The notes under the pieces were generated by a model. It saw only the letters and a list, made by a program, of their open reading frames with translations. It had not been told where the DNA came from and ran no database searches. Positions 1 to 13,283 of a stretch of 64,000 nt of DNA are shown in pieces. How positions within the stretch are numbered: the stretch's first letter is position 1; every line of letters starts with the position of its first letter. The position numbers and the translations under genes are program-made. The DNA is from Eledone cirrhosa (lineage: Eukaryota), in NCBI GenBank assembly GCA_964016885.1, contig OZ024749.1:51584001-51648000 (forward strand). Direction: 5' to 3'.

Positions 1-70
1 TCACTTATCTCTTCAACATTGTAAATCTTAGCAGTTAATCCATGCAAGACTATTTATTTATCTATTGTAG

Positions 71-1034
71 GAAACTATGGATTTGGAATGCATCCGTAAC
101 ATTGGTATATCAGCACATATTGATTCAGGAAAGACGACTTTAACTGAGAGAATACTTTTCTATACAGGAAAACTCAATGAAATGCACGAGGTAAAGAAGC
201 AAGGAATATATTTTTTCTTTTTATACAGAATGTTAACTGTTTTGATACCAACCTACTCGAAACTGCCTCTGTTTCTGTGAAACAAAATCACCCATATTAA
301 ATGGTTCCTATCTAAATTAACTTGTTAACATTTACATTGCTCTATATATATTATTGTATTTTTGTGGTAAAGGCTTTACCCCACATAATTATCTCACATG
401 ATATTGAATCTATGAGATTTTGATATTATTTATTTTGAGAACAATACCTTAACGTCAGTATGCATGGCCAGTTGTGGCTGGTTTGAACAGAAAGGTGTGA
501 GAGAATTCTGGCCGGATATGGTCAGTTTAAATGTTAAAGGGTTCAAACTTTTATATGTGAGGGTCAGCTGAAAGATTCATAGGCTGACCAAGATGAGGAA
601 GGATGGGTAAACTTTTTTTTTTTCTAAAACTTCTATATTTCTGTTTTATTTAGGTGAAAGGAAAAGACCATGTAGGGGCAAAAATGGATTTTATGGAGCT
701 TGAACGACAGAGGGGCATCACCATTCAGTCTGCTGCTACCTATACTATCTGGAAAGGTACTAACATAAACATTATTGACACACCTGGTAAGTTGAAATAA
801 CTATATCTAATATATTGATTTCTAATTTAGACAAGGCCAGTAAATGTTTTTTTTGGAGGGAGGGCAGAGAGTTGATTGAATCAACCCCAGTATTTGACTG
901 GTACTTTATTTTATTAAGCCTCGGAAGGATGAAAGACATATATATACATATTTATATATATATGTGTGTGTGTGTGTGTAGGTATATATACATATGTGTG
1001 TGTCAGCATATATGTAGGTATATATATATATATG

Positions 1035-1066
<32 letters not shown>

Positions 1067-4000
1067 TATGCATGGTCGGGTCGTCGGCGACTAAACCGGC
1101 AATCCCACCAAGTTTACTTGGTGAGGAGGGTTATTTTGGACACCCTGCAGGACAAAAAACAAAACCTGACAAAGGGCGGAAGATCTCATAAGAGTCAACG
1201 GCCATCCAAAAGTGTGTAAATATGTATATAAACATGTACATATGTATGTATATGTGTATATGCATGGGTGCATGTGTATGTACATGCGCGGGGACATAGA
1301 AATAATCGGGCTGGACACCCGATCGCGTGGTTAAACCACTGGGAGTGAAGGACCCCTAGCCTTTGTCAGGGCATTCTTCTAGGAGAAGGCAACTCGGGAA
1401 ACTGGGATAACTCCGATATAAAACCTGCGGCTCAGTAGTTACCGATGATGTTGATATTTTCTTCTTTTCGGGTTATAGCTACTGTCGCTCAGAGAGTGGG
1501 ATTGGCTCAGTGCACAGTCTTTCCTCATTTAAAAAAATATCTTCATGCACAGGCATTGCACGATAGAATTAATAAATAATTATTAATAATGGTATATCGT
1601 GCAATGGCCATACTCGATAACGAGGGGGCAGCCATCATGTATGTATATATATATGTTTGCTGCATCTGAGAGAGATATAAAGATTTTGATTTTAAAACAT
1701 AATGGAATTGTGGTTTTGAAAGTAATTTACTTTTTGTCTTTTCTAAAACAGGTCATGTTGATTTTACTGTTGAGGTGGAGCGAGCCCTTCGTGTCCTTGA
1801 TGGAGCAATCCTTGTTCTGTGTGCAGTAGGAGGGGTTCAAAGCCAAACTCTCACAGTCGATCGTCAAATGAAACGCTACATGGTACCATGTATCACATTC
1901 ATCAACAAGTTAGATCGTATGGGAGCCAACCCCTACAGAGTCCTCTCACAACTTAGGTAAATCTTTGAGATCCTACCTATTTGGTCTCATCATTATCATC
2001 ACCACCACCACCATCATCATCACCACCACCACCACTACCACCACCATCATTACTATCACCACCACCACCACCATCATCACTACCACCACCATCATTACTA
2101 TCACCACCACCACCACCATCATCACTACCACCACCATCATTACTATCACCACCACCACCACCATCATCACTACCACCACCATCATCACTACCACCATCAT
2201 CACCACCACCACCACCACCATCACCACCACCACCACCACCATCACCACTACCACCATCATCATCACTACCACCACTGCCACCACCATCATCTGATGTTTG
2301 TTTTACATTTATGAAAGCTGTTTGATTCAGCTCCTTAATGATGGTAAGATATTCTCAGAGGCCCTTAGCTCAATGGTGAGAGTACTTAGCCAGTATCAGA
2401 GATATAAGGAGTTTGATTCTTCGTAGCCTGGCTGACAATGTGTTTTTCCATCTCTAAGGTTCTTTACTTGATTTTTATAAGCTATTTCATAGCCACTGAC
2501 TGTAATTGCGGTTATTTTCTTCACTTAAACATCCTACATCTTATAAATTTATTTCCTCAGTGTTTCACAAGTCCAAATGTTTCAGCTTCATACACAAGGT
2601 TTGTTTACATGAAATTCTATGTGTTTTTATCTTTGTTTTTTATTAGATCGAAACTGAGTCACAATGCTGCTTTTCTCCAACTTCCCATAGGCACAGAATC
2701 TGCTACAGAAGGCATCATAGATTTAATTAAAAGGAAAGCTTTATACTTCAGGGAACCTATGGGGTATGTTATTGTTTACTTAAATACTTTCTAAAAGTCT
2801 AAAGCCTGAAGGCTCATCAGGTCGGTGCTTGTCCTGGTTTCCATGGCATTAAGTGAGTGAGTGTACAAGACTCCCTCTTGGACAGGATACCAGTACATTG
2901 TAGGGTTAAACTCCCAGCTATTGCTGCTATTCATTTTAAGCTGAATATACTGGAGCAATGTTAAATGAAGTGTTTTGCTCAAGAACACACCACTCAACCC
3001 AGTCAAGGAATCGAACTGATAACATTATGATTATAAGTTCAATACCTTTACCACTAAGCCATCCACCTCTACATTTCACTTCAGAAGAAATTATGTTAAC
3101 AACTCAGACATGGCTGTGTGGTTAAGATCTGCTTTGCAACTACATGGTTTAAGGTTCAATCCCACCTTGAGTGAATGTTTTCTACTATTACCTCAGATTA
3201 ATTCATGCCTTGTGAGTGAATCCAGTACACCCTGCTTCATGGTTGAGTGGTTGGTGACTAAACCAGCGCTCCAACAAGACCCTGGTCTAGTGAGGAGGGT
3301 AAGTGTAACCCCAGCAGCACAATTAAAATGAGCTGTAAAAAGGGTGGATGAACTCCTCAATCAACGGCCATCAATTGGCCAAGTGTGGTGAGTACAACTA
3401 CACCCCTGACATGAACAAAACCCAACAGAAAGCAGTGGAGGTCGAACAGGAGTGAGAAGGTCTTGGATTGAATTAGATACATATATATATAAATAATAAT
3501 AAATGTGAAGACTAAAATCCGAAGAGGGCTCGATAAGGAAAATATATGTATAAAAATATATAAAACCGTAGAGCAAATATTTATTAAAATATTTATCAAA
3601 GAATCGCTGCTTAAACTTTAATCTGTTATTTTAATAAATATATATATATATAGAAAGATAGATCGGATCGGATCATTGAAATATTTCTGTTTGTTTGTTA
3701 CAGTCTCAATGTTGTTGTAGAAGAAATACCAGTTGATAGAATAACAGAGGTTGAAGAAAGGAGAGCAGAACTTATTGGTAAGGTTTGATATCTGTTAATC
3801 CTAAACAATGTCTCAAGCAGCTATAGTGCTTTGTTCCTCATTCATAAAACTGGTTCTTCCTAATTGAGTAGGTTAAAATTGATAAGAGATGACGATTTCA
3901 TACAAATGAAACAGTTCTAATCCTGTAGAAGTCATTTCTAAATAAAATAAAGATGCCAACGTATTAAGTACCTTTTTCTAAGTGTTGACACCTCCCGATT

Positions 4001-4234
4001 CCCATCAGGAATTCACCCATAATTATATATATGTAGAATTGAATACTTTGTGGTATTCATTCTGTTTGTCTGCTCTCGGAGTTCAAACCCCTTTGAGGTC
4101 AACTTTTCCTTTCGAGGTCGAAAAAAAAATTACCGGTCTAGTATTGGGGTCAATTCTTCCTCTAAAACACTTTCTCACTTCTCCTCTCTCTCTCACTTTC
4201 TATTCTTCACACACACACACACGTTATATAAGAA

Positions 4235-4277
<43 letters not shown>

Positions 4278-7200
4278 CACACACACACACACACACGTTT
4301 ATTTACACTGGTTCCTGTTTCCTTCCCCCACTTTTATTTTTGTTTTTCTTCTATCCTCAGAATGCTTGGCTAATGTTGATGAATCTTTTGGTGAAATATT
4401 CTTGGAAGAACGGGAACCTACTGAAGATGAAATTAATGTAAGAATTATAATTTTAAGAAGAAACTTATTTTAACATTGAAGTCTAAACACTCAATAGAGT
4501 GCAGGAATGTATGTATAAGTGAGATGTAGGCTCTGTGGTCTATCCAAGGGAGGATCCTCAGTTGTGTCAAAGACATGACAACCTACCCTGTGCACTAGGG
4601 AGAACATGAGACCATACATAAGCAAAAAGACAGATCCCTGACTTGTCTGGGAGACCAGTAACCACCGCTTCAGTACTACCCTTGTTAGCAGGGAAACTGG
4701 ACGTCTGTGTGTATATCATGACTCATACACTGTACATTTTCCTGACATTTGTACATTTTTCTCATGCACCTTTGATGAGTTGTATTGCACCTGAGCACTG
4801 TACACAATAATTTTCATTATATTTTTTCTTATTTTTAAAACGATGATGATGATTTATTTGTTTATTTATCTAGAGTGCTGTGAAGAGGGCCTGTTTGAAA
4901 CGAAAATTCAATCCGGTTTTCATGGGAACTGCCTTAAAAAACAAAGGTGTACAACCTCTTTTAGATTCTGTTCTTGCGTACTTGCCAAACCCGAAAGGAG
5001 TAGAAAACTATGCATTGGACAACAGCAAAGGGTAAATTAACCAGAAATTGTCATTGTCATCACTATTATCTCCATCATCAGCTTGACCAACACCACCTCT
5101 ACTACTTCCATCATCACAATCACCATCACCACCATTACAATTACCATCATCCTCACCACTACTACCACCATCATCAACTTCACTGCTACTACTACTATCA
5201 TCTTCATCACCACCACTACCCAGGGGCAATGCTGCCTACCTTTTTTCAAGAGCTTGTATGCCTGATATTTAGACTATTTTCATTGTAAAAAGAAATACAT
5301 GCATTGAAGCTTCTAAGTTAATTTCAATAAAATACATATCTATTCACTAAGCCATGTGCCTCTATGGAGGCACATGGCTGAGTGGTTAGAGCATTGGCCT
5401 TGCAATCGAAAGGTTGTGAGTTCAAATCTCAGACCGGGTGATGTGTTGTTTCTTTGAGCAAGATACTTTATTTCACATTGCTCCAGTTTACTCATCACTA
5501 CCACTACTACTGTAGAAATGAGATAGGGACTGGGGTCCCTATCATTCCACTGCAAAAGTGGTCGTGGAGGTGCCACGGCAAAAAAGCACCCAGCACTCAC
5601 TGTAAATGAGGTTGGTGTTAGGAAGGGCATCCAGCTGTAGAAATCAAGCCAGAATCAGTTCCCATCCCACCCTTGAAAGCAGGGAAAAAGCGGACGTAAA
5701 ATGAAATGATGATGATTCAATGTTTCTAAATGTAGTTCATTTGTTTCATTTTCTATATTTTCAGTGTTGAAAATGCTGAAAGATTTCTGCTGGACACAAC
5801 AAGAGACAACACAAATCCCTTCGTTGGACTTGCATTTAAATTAGAAGTAAGTAAATAAATTGTTGTCTCACAAAATTATAACCATCATCATCATCATCAT
5901 GTTTAAGTCAGTAGCCCTGCTTCAGTACTGCCTTGTCCAACCCTTGCTAACTGCGAAAGCAAATGTTAAAAGATGATAATGATGATGATGATGGTGGTGA
6001 CGATGATAATAATGACAATAATGATGATGTATATTTTTAATATTATTTAGGCTGGAAGGTTTGGTCAGCTGACTTACCTTCGTTTGTATCAAGGTAGCTT
6101 GAAACGAGGGGACACCATCATTAATACCAGAACACAGAAAAAGGTCCGAGTGCAGAGATTAGTGAGGATGCATGCCGATGAGATGGAGGTAAGAATATTT
6201 TGAAATTAACACCAATGTACAATCATCATCATCATTTAACGTCCATCTTCCACGCTAGCATGGGCTAGACGAGAGTTGTGCCACAATCTAAATATATTTT
6301 TGTAAAATAATCTTAAATGCTTGTTTTTGAAAAGCGTTCATTCAAATATTTTCTTTTCTGTAATTAGCGATTTCATTACCATATTTCTAATTTAAAAAAT
6401 TATTGCATATGAATTTCAAATAATTCTGAAAATAATCAAGAATTTGGAAGAATTTAGTAATATAACTTTCTCAATATTAAGCTGCGTTTGGAACATAACT
6501 TAACAATGGTTCTTACATAAAATTATGATGGAAAGGTTTTAGATAAATATAAACTCTTTAAAGTAAATAAAACTGACTTTCTCATTATTAAGCTGGTGTT
6601 TGAAACATAACTTAAGAAAGATTCCTACATAAAATTATGATGGAAGATTTTTAGATAAATATAAACACTTTAAAATAAAAACTTTGTATTGTAGGACTAC
6701 AGGGAGTTTGGTATCAAAAGGGTTAAATATGTTAAAAATAAGAACAATAAATAGAGAAATACATAATGATGAATCTATTTTCTTAACAGGAAGTGAATGA
6801 AGGCTTTGCAGGTGATATCTGTGCCTTGTTTGGTGTTGATTGTGCCAGTGGAGATACGTTTGTTACAAAAGGCAATACAAATATATCTATGGTAAGTTAT
6901 TTTATCATATAAATGTTAAGTTGACTCCCACATGATTTGAACTCAGAACTGATGGACTTCCAAACAGTTTGTCTACCAAAATTTCACTCACGAAGCATGG
7001 GTTGATCTGAGGCTCTCACAAACGACACTTGCCTGAAATGTCATGCTATGGGATTGTACCCAGAACCAAATGATTGGGGAGTGAGTCTCTTAATAATCCA
7101 GCCCTATTATGTTTACTTGGAGATGGAAGTATACAATGATGTTTGAATGTTTGGTTCCTCACACTATCTGTTGCTTCATTCTAAGTCTAAAGTTTGTCTT

Positions 7201-10200
7201 CAGCCCATAGGTTCATCAGGCTGGTATTTATCCTGGTTTTTGTGGCATTAGACGACTGAGGGTACAAGACCCAGTCCATCATAGAGTTAAACCCCCAGCT
7301 ATTGCTGATACTTATTTTCAGCTGAGTATACTGGAGCAATGTGAAATTAAGTGTTTTGCTCGAGAACACAACACAACACACAACCCAGTCCAGGAATCAA
7401 ACCCACATTATAATCACAAGGCCACGCACTTCCATTACACTTGATTTATTTATATAATGACACCAGAATTTCTATTTTCACAGGAATCCATGTACATCCC
7501 TGAACCAGTAATCTCCATGTCCATCCAGCCTTTGAACCAGAAAGATACTGACAATTTTTCCAAAGGTTTGGCTCGGTTCACCAAAGAAGACCCTACATTT
7601 GTCGTGAACTTTGATCCTGAGAGCAGAGAAACTTTAGTCTCCGGTATGGGAGAGCTACATTTAGACATTTATAATCAGGTAAGTAATATTTTCCAGTCTT
7701 TGATGATATGTCAACATATACATTGTCTTATTTGTAGGCAGCGAATTGGCAGATGCTTTGCAGTATTTGTTCTGGATTTAATGAGGGGCAATTGCTCTGG
7801 GTCCCACCAGCGACAGCCATAACAACTTATTTGTGCCCTCAGCTGGGCTCTTTAGGTTTAGGATGGTTAGATTTAAAAATATTTAATTCCTGTATGTACA
7901 ACTTTTCAATTCCAATTAGTTGCACAAAGCTATATGTAAAATTTGGGGGTTTGTTGTGTATTTTAACGTTTTGTGTATGAGGGGCCCCTCAAAACTGAAG
8001 TGCCCTGGGTCCAAGGTCTAAATCCGGCCCTATCTGCACTCAGTTCAAATCCTGCTGAGATTAGTTTTGCCTTTCATCCTTGCAGGGTTGATAAATCAAA
8101 GTACCAATAACACACTAGGGTCGGTGTAATTGATTTTCCCCTCCCAAAATTGTTTGCCTTGTGCCTAAATCAGAAACCATCATTATTAATAAATATATTT
8201 CAGCGCTTGGAACGAGAATATAACACAAAATGTGTTCTAGGAAAACCTAAAGTTGCTTTCCGAGAAAGTCTTATAGCTCCTTGCAGGTAAATTTGCTGTT
8301 TTATTTGTCATATTTTGCACACATTATAATATATTTGTTTGATGTAAAAGACTGTTTATTACCTTTGTTTAGAGACACAGCACACCAGTGATAGGGTTTC
8401 AATCCTAGAATTGGGGTCCCATTGAAGCCATTTTTCTTTCTCTCTGCATTCTGCTTTTACTCTGTTATTCTTTAGTTATAAGAAGGGCAGAGATTTGGCA
8501 AAGTTATTAGGGGCATTGGATTAAATATGCTTTGGTGTTTGTTCACACTTTTGTACATGAGTTTAAATCCTGCTGATGTTCATTTTTGCCTTTATGACCT
8601 TTTGAAGTTGATAAATAAAGTGCTAGTTCAGTACTGAAGTTGATTTCTCTCTCACAAGTTTTAAAATGCTCAAGTTACACTGTGTCTTATGACTCCATGA
8701 AGCTTTAAGGGCCTTTTACCTTTATAAAGATATTGTGTAGCTGTAAAGAATACAAAAGGGTAGTGAGTGCTGGTGCCATGATAAAATGCACCCAGTACAT
8801 TCTGTAAACTTTGGTAATTGAATAAAGTAGGGTCGTGAGGAAACTTGTCTTACTGAAGATATAACATCTATAATGTTGGTGTCATGATAAAATACACCCA
8901 GTACACTCTGTAAAGTGGTTGGTATTGAGAAGAGTATCCAGCTGTAGAAACCATGTAACAAAAAAATGGGATGTATGAGCGAGACATATTTCCTCCATCT
9001 GACCCATGAACACTGGAGTCTTGTCCAACACATACCAGTATGGAAAGTGGACATATGATGATGATGTAAAGATATAGTAATCTCCTAGATTTAATGTGGA
9101 CAATTTTCTTCTATTTCAGCTTCAATTATCTTCATAAAAGACAGTCGGGAGGCCAGGGTCAGTTTGGTCGTGTAATTGGAGTTATGGAGGTTTGTTCTAT
9201 ATTTGATTTTTAATTCATTTCAAAATACCATATTTATTCATGTATGATACACACCTGTGTATTATGTCCACCTGTTATAGACAAGGAAATTCTGGAAAAA
9301 AAAAATCATTTTAGGAATACAGTATATGGGAGAAAAGAACATTAAGTTAGGTTTATTATAATTCTGGTTGACATCCCACTGTAAAACATTGCCCTAAACT
9401 ATCCTGTCAAACCCATGCCAACATACATGGAAAGGCAAACGTTAAAATGATGACGACAATGATGATTTCTTGTATAGCTTTGAATGGGTATCATCATCAT
9501 CATCATCTATTTTCCATGCTAGCATGGCCTAGGCGGGTTGTCGGGTCAGGTGACTGTTTCTGGCTTGGCTTCCTATGGCAACCACGTTTATAATGTGTGC
9601 TCTATGTTCTATTTTACCTTTCATTATTGCCATATTTTATCATCTTTCTCTACAGCTTTTACCTCCTCATGAAAACATGCAACTAAAATTTGTTGATGAG
9701 ACTACTGGAACAAATATTCCCAAATCTTTTGTACCAGCTATTAAAAAGGTATAGGGTTGATATACTTTCACTTTATTTTTCTTCGCTTACTTACTAACCC
9801 ACCCAAAACTGCCCTAGGTTCTGTGATACAAATATGTTTATGATTTTGTGTGTGTGTATATATATAATATAATATATGGCCTTACACCATCCACTGACAA
9901 TAATAACTTTTATTTCGTCTTTGGTTTAATTTACTTTTTTTTTTCTCATCGAAATAACTTTTATTTTGTTGTTTTCAGGGATTTTTAAATTCTTGCAACA
10001 AAGGGACGCTGTGTGGGCAACCAGTTTCCGGTGTGTGCTTTATATTGCAAGACGGTATGTTTATCATCATTGGAGTTTAATAATATGATTGACTGGGGTC
10101 TTTTCCAAGGGGAAGTCTTGTATTTTCATTTGCCACGGAAACCGAGATAAGCACTGGCCTGATGAGTCTCCGAGCCTGAGACACACTTTAGATTACAGAT

Positions 10201-11478
10201 ACTGTCACTCCACTAATCTATATACATAAATGGCAATTTCTGTCTGTTTGTGAACCTAAAACTACCAAACCGATTTTGATGACACGTGTGGGGCTCATGC
10301 CCATTTGATTTTAACCAAAGGGTTCTCCCTTCAATTTATATGACAAGATATAATGTCTATTCACAAAATTTAAGCAAATTTCAATACTAAGACACCCTAA
10401 TGGGGGTTCTATTTTTTTCCTTATAGCAACACTCAACTTCTCTGACCAATGTAATCAACAATATTTGTTTGTATTATTGTTTCGTAAATGAATTTATCTG
10501 AGAGGCATTGGACATACCCCTGCTAGTACATACACACGCAGAATGTCTCAAGTAATAATTTAATGACACACAATATTTATTCCAGGTGCTCATCATATTG
10601 TAGATTCCAGTGAGTTCGCTTTCTTTACGGCAGCAGAAGGGGCCGTGAAACAAGGTAAGGCACACATTTTGTTTTATCTTTTAAAACTAACAGGGGGAAG
10701 GAGAAAAAAAAACTCTCGTCTATATTTCAGACATGGGGACTGTAGTGGTGGGTGGATTCATTGATGTACCAAGATTGTGGGCAATATCAGATGATCTGAA
10801 AGCTTGGAACCTAGACTTTTTTTTTTTTCCATAAACTCAGAAGGAAAATATAATTAAATTTTTATTTTTTTTATTCTAGTATTTGAAGAAGGAATTTTTC
10901 AGATTTTGGAACCCGTTATGTCTGTAGAAGTTGTCACTCCATTTGAATACGAGGAGAATGTTTTAATTACTCTACATCGGCGCTATGCTGTCATTTTGGG
11001 AACAGATGTCAATGAAGGCCATACCATAATACAATGTGAGGTAGGTGTAATGTCAGTCAGAATTACTCATATTTTTATGTTGCATATGTATTGCACCCAG
11101 TACACACTGTAAAAGTAAGGACAGTTCTGTACAAGCAAATCGTGGTCACCTGATCTGAATTGTCACTCACATCTAACCCATGCTAGTATGGAAAACGGTG
11201 ATGTATTATTGTAGTAAGTACCCTTCACTCCCCACCCTTAGCTATGCCACTGAAGACATTCTTATTGTCGCATCTTTTCATTGCAGGTGCCACTTAACGA
11301 TATGTTTGGTTATGCAACAGAACTGAGGTCAACAACTCAAGGTAAAGGTGAATTTGCAATGGAATTTAGCCGCTATTGTCCAGCTCGACTCGATACTCAA
11401 CAGGCTTTGATAGATGCTTACCAAGAAAGTCTTCAAGCTGGTCAAACAGATAAAAAGAAGAAAAAGAAACGGAATTGA
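71..11478 (+). CDS. GFM1: Mitochondrial elongation factor G1; 18 exons visible, probably 5'-partial (no transit-peptide exon seen)
   Basis: Hand-spliced exons 71-190, 654-786, 1752-1956, 2647-2763, 3704-3777, 4361-4437, 4874-5031, 5765-5846, 6051-6188, 6790-6891, 7484-7678, 8204-8286, 9120-9189, 9656-9748, 9979-10054, 10586-10654, 10880-11040, 11287-11478. All GT-AG, 2145 nt in frame (714 aa + TGA). Motifs: [15 protein letters not shown] (G1), [17 protein letters not shown] (G3), NKLD (G4), [47 protein letters not shown]. Confidence 0.97.
1075..1560 (+). mobile_element. Interspersed repeat fragments (RTE 5'-UTR/SINE-like) interrupted by microsatellite
   Basis: GC-richer island in GFM1 intron 2. 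1075-1205 resembles 3235-3380 (GACTAAACC...GGTGAGGAGGG...TCAACGGCCATC). Family call is from recall only. Confidence 0.4.
1986..2291. repeat. Compound (CAC/CAT/TAC)n microsatellite
   Basis: Directly visible; produces spurious poly-T/P/V ORFs. Confidence 0.95.
2795..3070 (-). mobile_element. tRNA-derived SINE, family B
   Basis: Reverse complement has A/B-box-like head, TTGAGCAAAACACTTCATTT core and GAAACCAGG...CCTGATGAGCC tail. Other copies near 5366-5495, 7187-7430, 13870-13985, 17585-17762, 37070-37352, 38215-38325, 39430-39550, 47657-47790, 49470-49868, 52972-53050, 60580-60765. Confidence 0.75.
5045..5222. repeat. (CAT/CAC/TAC)n microsatellite
   Basis: Directly visible. Confidence 0.9.
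5366..5716 (+). mobile_element. SINE with tRNA-like head and RTE-type 3' tail ending in (TGA)n
   Basis: Head GGAGGCACATGGCTGAGTGGTTAGAGC...GAGTTCAAAT; body GCACCCAG...GGTTGGTGTTAGGAAGGGCATCCAGCTGTAG; tail CGGACGTAAAATGA(TGA)n. Body/tail recurs at 8770-9066, 18630-18830, 25435-25610, 32605-32965, 34160-34650. Confidence 0.75.
6440..6680. repeat. Direct duplication of ~110 bp (2 copies)
   Basis: ACTTTCTCA.TATTAAGCTG..GTTTG.AACATAACTTAA...TACATAAAATTATGATGGAA...TTAGATAAATATAAAC occurs twice in tandem. Confidence 0.8.
10217..10526 (+). mobile_element. Internally deleted non-autonomous Helitron-like element
   Basis: Starts A|TCTATATACATAAATGGC, ends CTAG|T; shares ordered blocks with 16238-17047. 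Confidence 0.7.
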
Positions 11479-12350
11479 ATACTATGTTATATAAATTTCA
11501 AGACTCAGACATATATGAGGTTGTAAAAAAAAAAAGCATCACAAAACGAACTCATACCTATTCAGTTATATAAATTAAAAACCTTGTTAAACCCATCAAA
11601 AAGTCGTTCTGTTTTTAAAACAAAATATATCATCATTTTATGGGTCCTTCTCAGCGAGTGATTTGAAGTCAGCTCTGACCACCTCTGTAAAGTGTTGGAA
11701 TGTATGTGAGAAGCCTATCTCCTCGAAAAAGTGATATAGAGGAAGAATCGACCCCCGGTACTGGTACTTTCTTTTTATTGACCTCGAAAGGATGAAAGGC
11801 ACGATTTGAACTGAGAGCTGCAAAGCATTCTCTCCGACAGCTAGACACCCTTCCTATTACCAACCACAGTACTGGGTGCATTTGTCATGTCATTGACACA
11901 ACTGCAAAGCCCTCATGACCATTCTTTTTGTGGGGGTGAAATGTTTCAGTATACACAACAACAACAACAACACAAGGAAGATAAATTATGTAATTGCATT
12001 GTTATACAGTAATACATGATGAAATTTATGTAAGGATGTATAAGAAATTATTAACAGACACACACATATACACGAATTAGACTTTTGTGTAAGACAAACA
12101 CATTTGATATGGATCATAAATAACACACGATACAGCTCATTCAATAGATGTTGAAAATATGTTGGAGTATATTTATTAAAGGAAAGAGTTTTAGAAAAGG
12201 GGACAGTAAAGCTCAAAATATTGGGAAATTAAGTAGACAGTAATAAGACGTAAGCCCCTGATTCTGATGCACAAGGGGGAGGTGAAGAGCTAAAAGTATA
12301 GGAGAGTGTATTAAAGATTTTATGGGCCACTCTTAATGGAATATTCCCTT

Positions 12351-12530
12351 TATGAGGGTTGGCTGAAAGGTTCATAGGTTGACTAAATGAGGTTTATTTT
12401 TCAAAATAGTCCCTGGAAAGAAACATTGCAGTTACTAATAAAAGTTAAAATTAATGCGTGCAGCAAGATTTCACAGCTCTAGCATCACTCCTTCATAGTC
12501 AGCCTATAAACTTTTCAGCCCACCATCATA
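12351..12530. mobile_element. Mariner-type MITE with ~30-bp imperfect TIRs and TA flanks
   Basis: TATGAGGGTTGGCTGAAAGGTTCATAGGTTGACTA ... TAGTCAGCCTATAAACTTTTCAGCCCACCATCATA. Second copy in opposite orientation at 34821-35021; lone TIR at ~558-592. Confidence 0.75.
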
Positions 12531-12769
12531 TGTAAAGACTAAGGAAAGAAAATGGTAGATAGCTTGTATTACTTTAGTAGCAAAGTATCTTTAAAAAAAA
12601 AAAAAAAAAAATATTGCACTAATTACAGGTGAGCAGAATCCTATTCCTATCACTATAGTAACACCATAGATGTTAGCCTAATAATGCAAAAGTGAGTTGA
12701 ATACAGGTAATACTGGTAACTGATCATCTTTGTCTGCAAGTTTTCTGGCGATGTCAGCAGAAACATCTT

Positions 12770-13115
12770 ATCAAATCTTTCAAACAAATACACAGGTGAA
12801 ATCTTGCAACAGAAAATACTTTGTTCTCAATAAAATCTTTCAAACAGTTACACATATACATATGGTTGTATGTAATCATGTGAAGTCTTGCAACAGAAAA
12901 TATCTTGTTCTCAATCAAATCTTTCAAACAAGTACACATGTACACACAGTTGTAATCATATGAAATCTTGTGACACAAATATATTTTGTGAATCCAAATC
13001 TTTCAAACAATCACACACAGTTATAATCATGTGAAGTCTTGCAACAGAAAATATCTTGTTGTGAATCAAATCTGTCAAACAGTTACACATAGTTGGAATC
13101 ATGTGAAATCTTGTA
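12770..13115. repeat. Degenerate tandem repeat (~60-85 bp, ~5 copies) just downstream of the USP stop (probable 3' UTR)
   Basis: GTGAA(A/G)TCTTGCAACAGAAAATATCTTGTT...AAATCTTTCAAACA repeated. Confidence 0.85.
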
Positions 13116-13283
13116 AATCCTTTTGGTAAAATAGACAGTGAGTAGCTGATTGATGACCGTTGTGTTGGCAGATTGTCTTCTTTCAATGCTTTCCTTCCTT
13201 CTCTACTTCTCTCTCTCTCTCTCTCTCTTGATGATCGACACTGGAGTCATGTTAAATTGAAAACCTAAGGAACGCAACTGGAT

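Noticed and set aside
1965-2325. Poly-Thr/Pro/Val/His ORFs (also 5008-5288, 40086-40996, 58512-58844, 61666-62144)
   Set aside because: Translations of microsatellites.
3505-3600. Another hammerhead-like motif (CCGAAGAGGGCTC...GAGCAAATATT)
   Set aside because: Core too degenerate: no CTGA and no intact GAAA.
5366-5440. tRNA gene
   Set aside because: A/B-box head runs into SINE core sequence, lacks a full cloverleaf and recurs as diverged copies.
71-11478. Bacterial fusA or horizontal transfer
   Set aside because: Seventeen spliceosomal introns and GFM1-type motifs ([12 protein letters not shown]) show an ordinary nuclear gene for the mitochondrial factor.
11450-11478. Poly-Lys C-terminus of GFM1 as a novel NLS
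   Set aside because: Lys-rich C-terminal tails are usual in animal GFM1, and nothing else suggests nuclear targeting.
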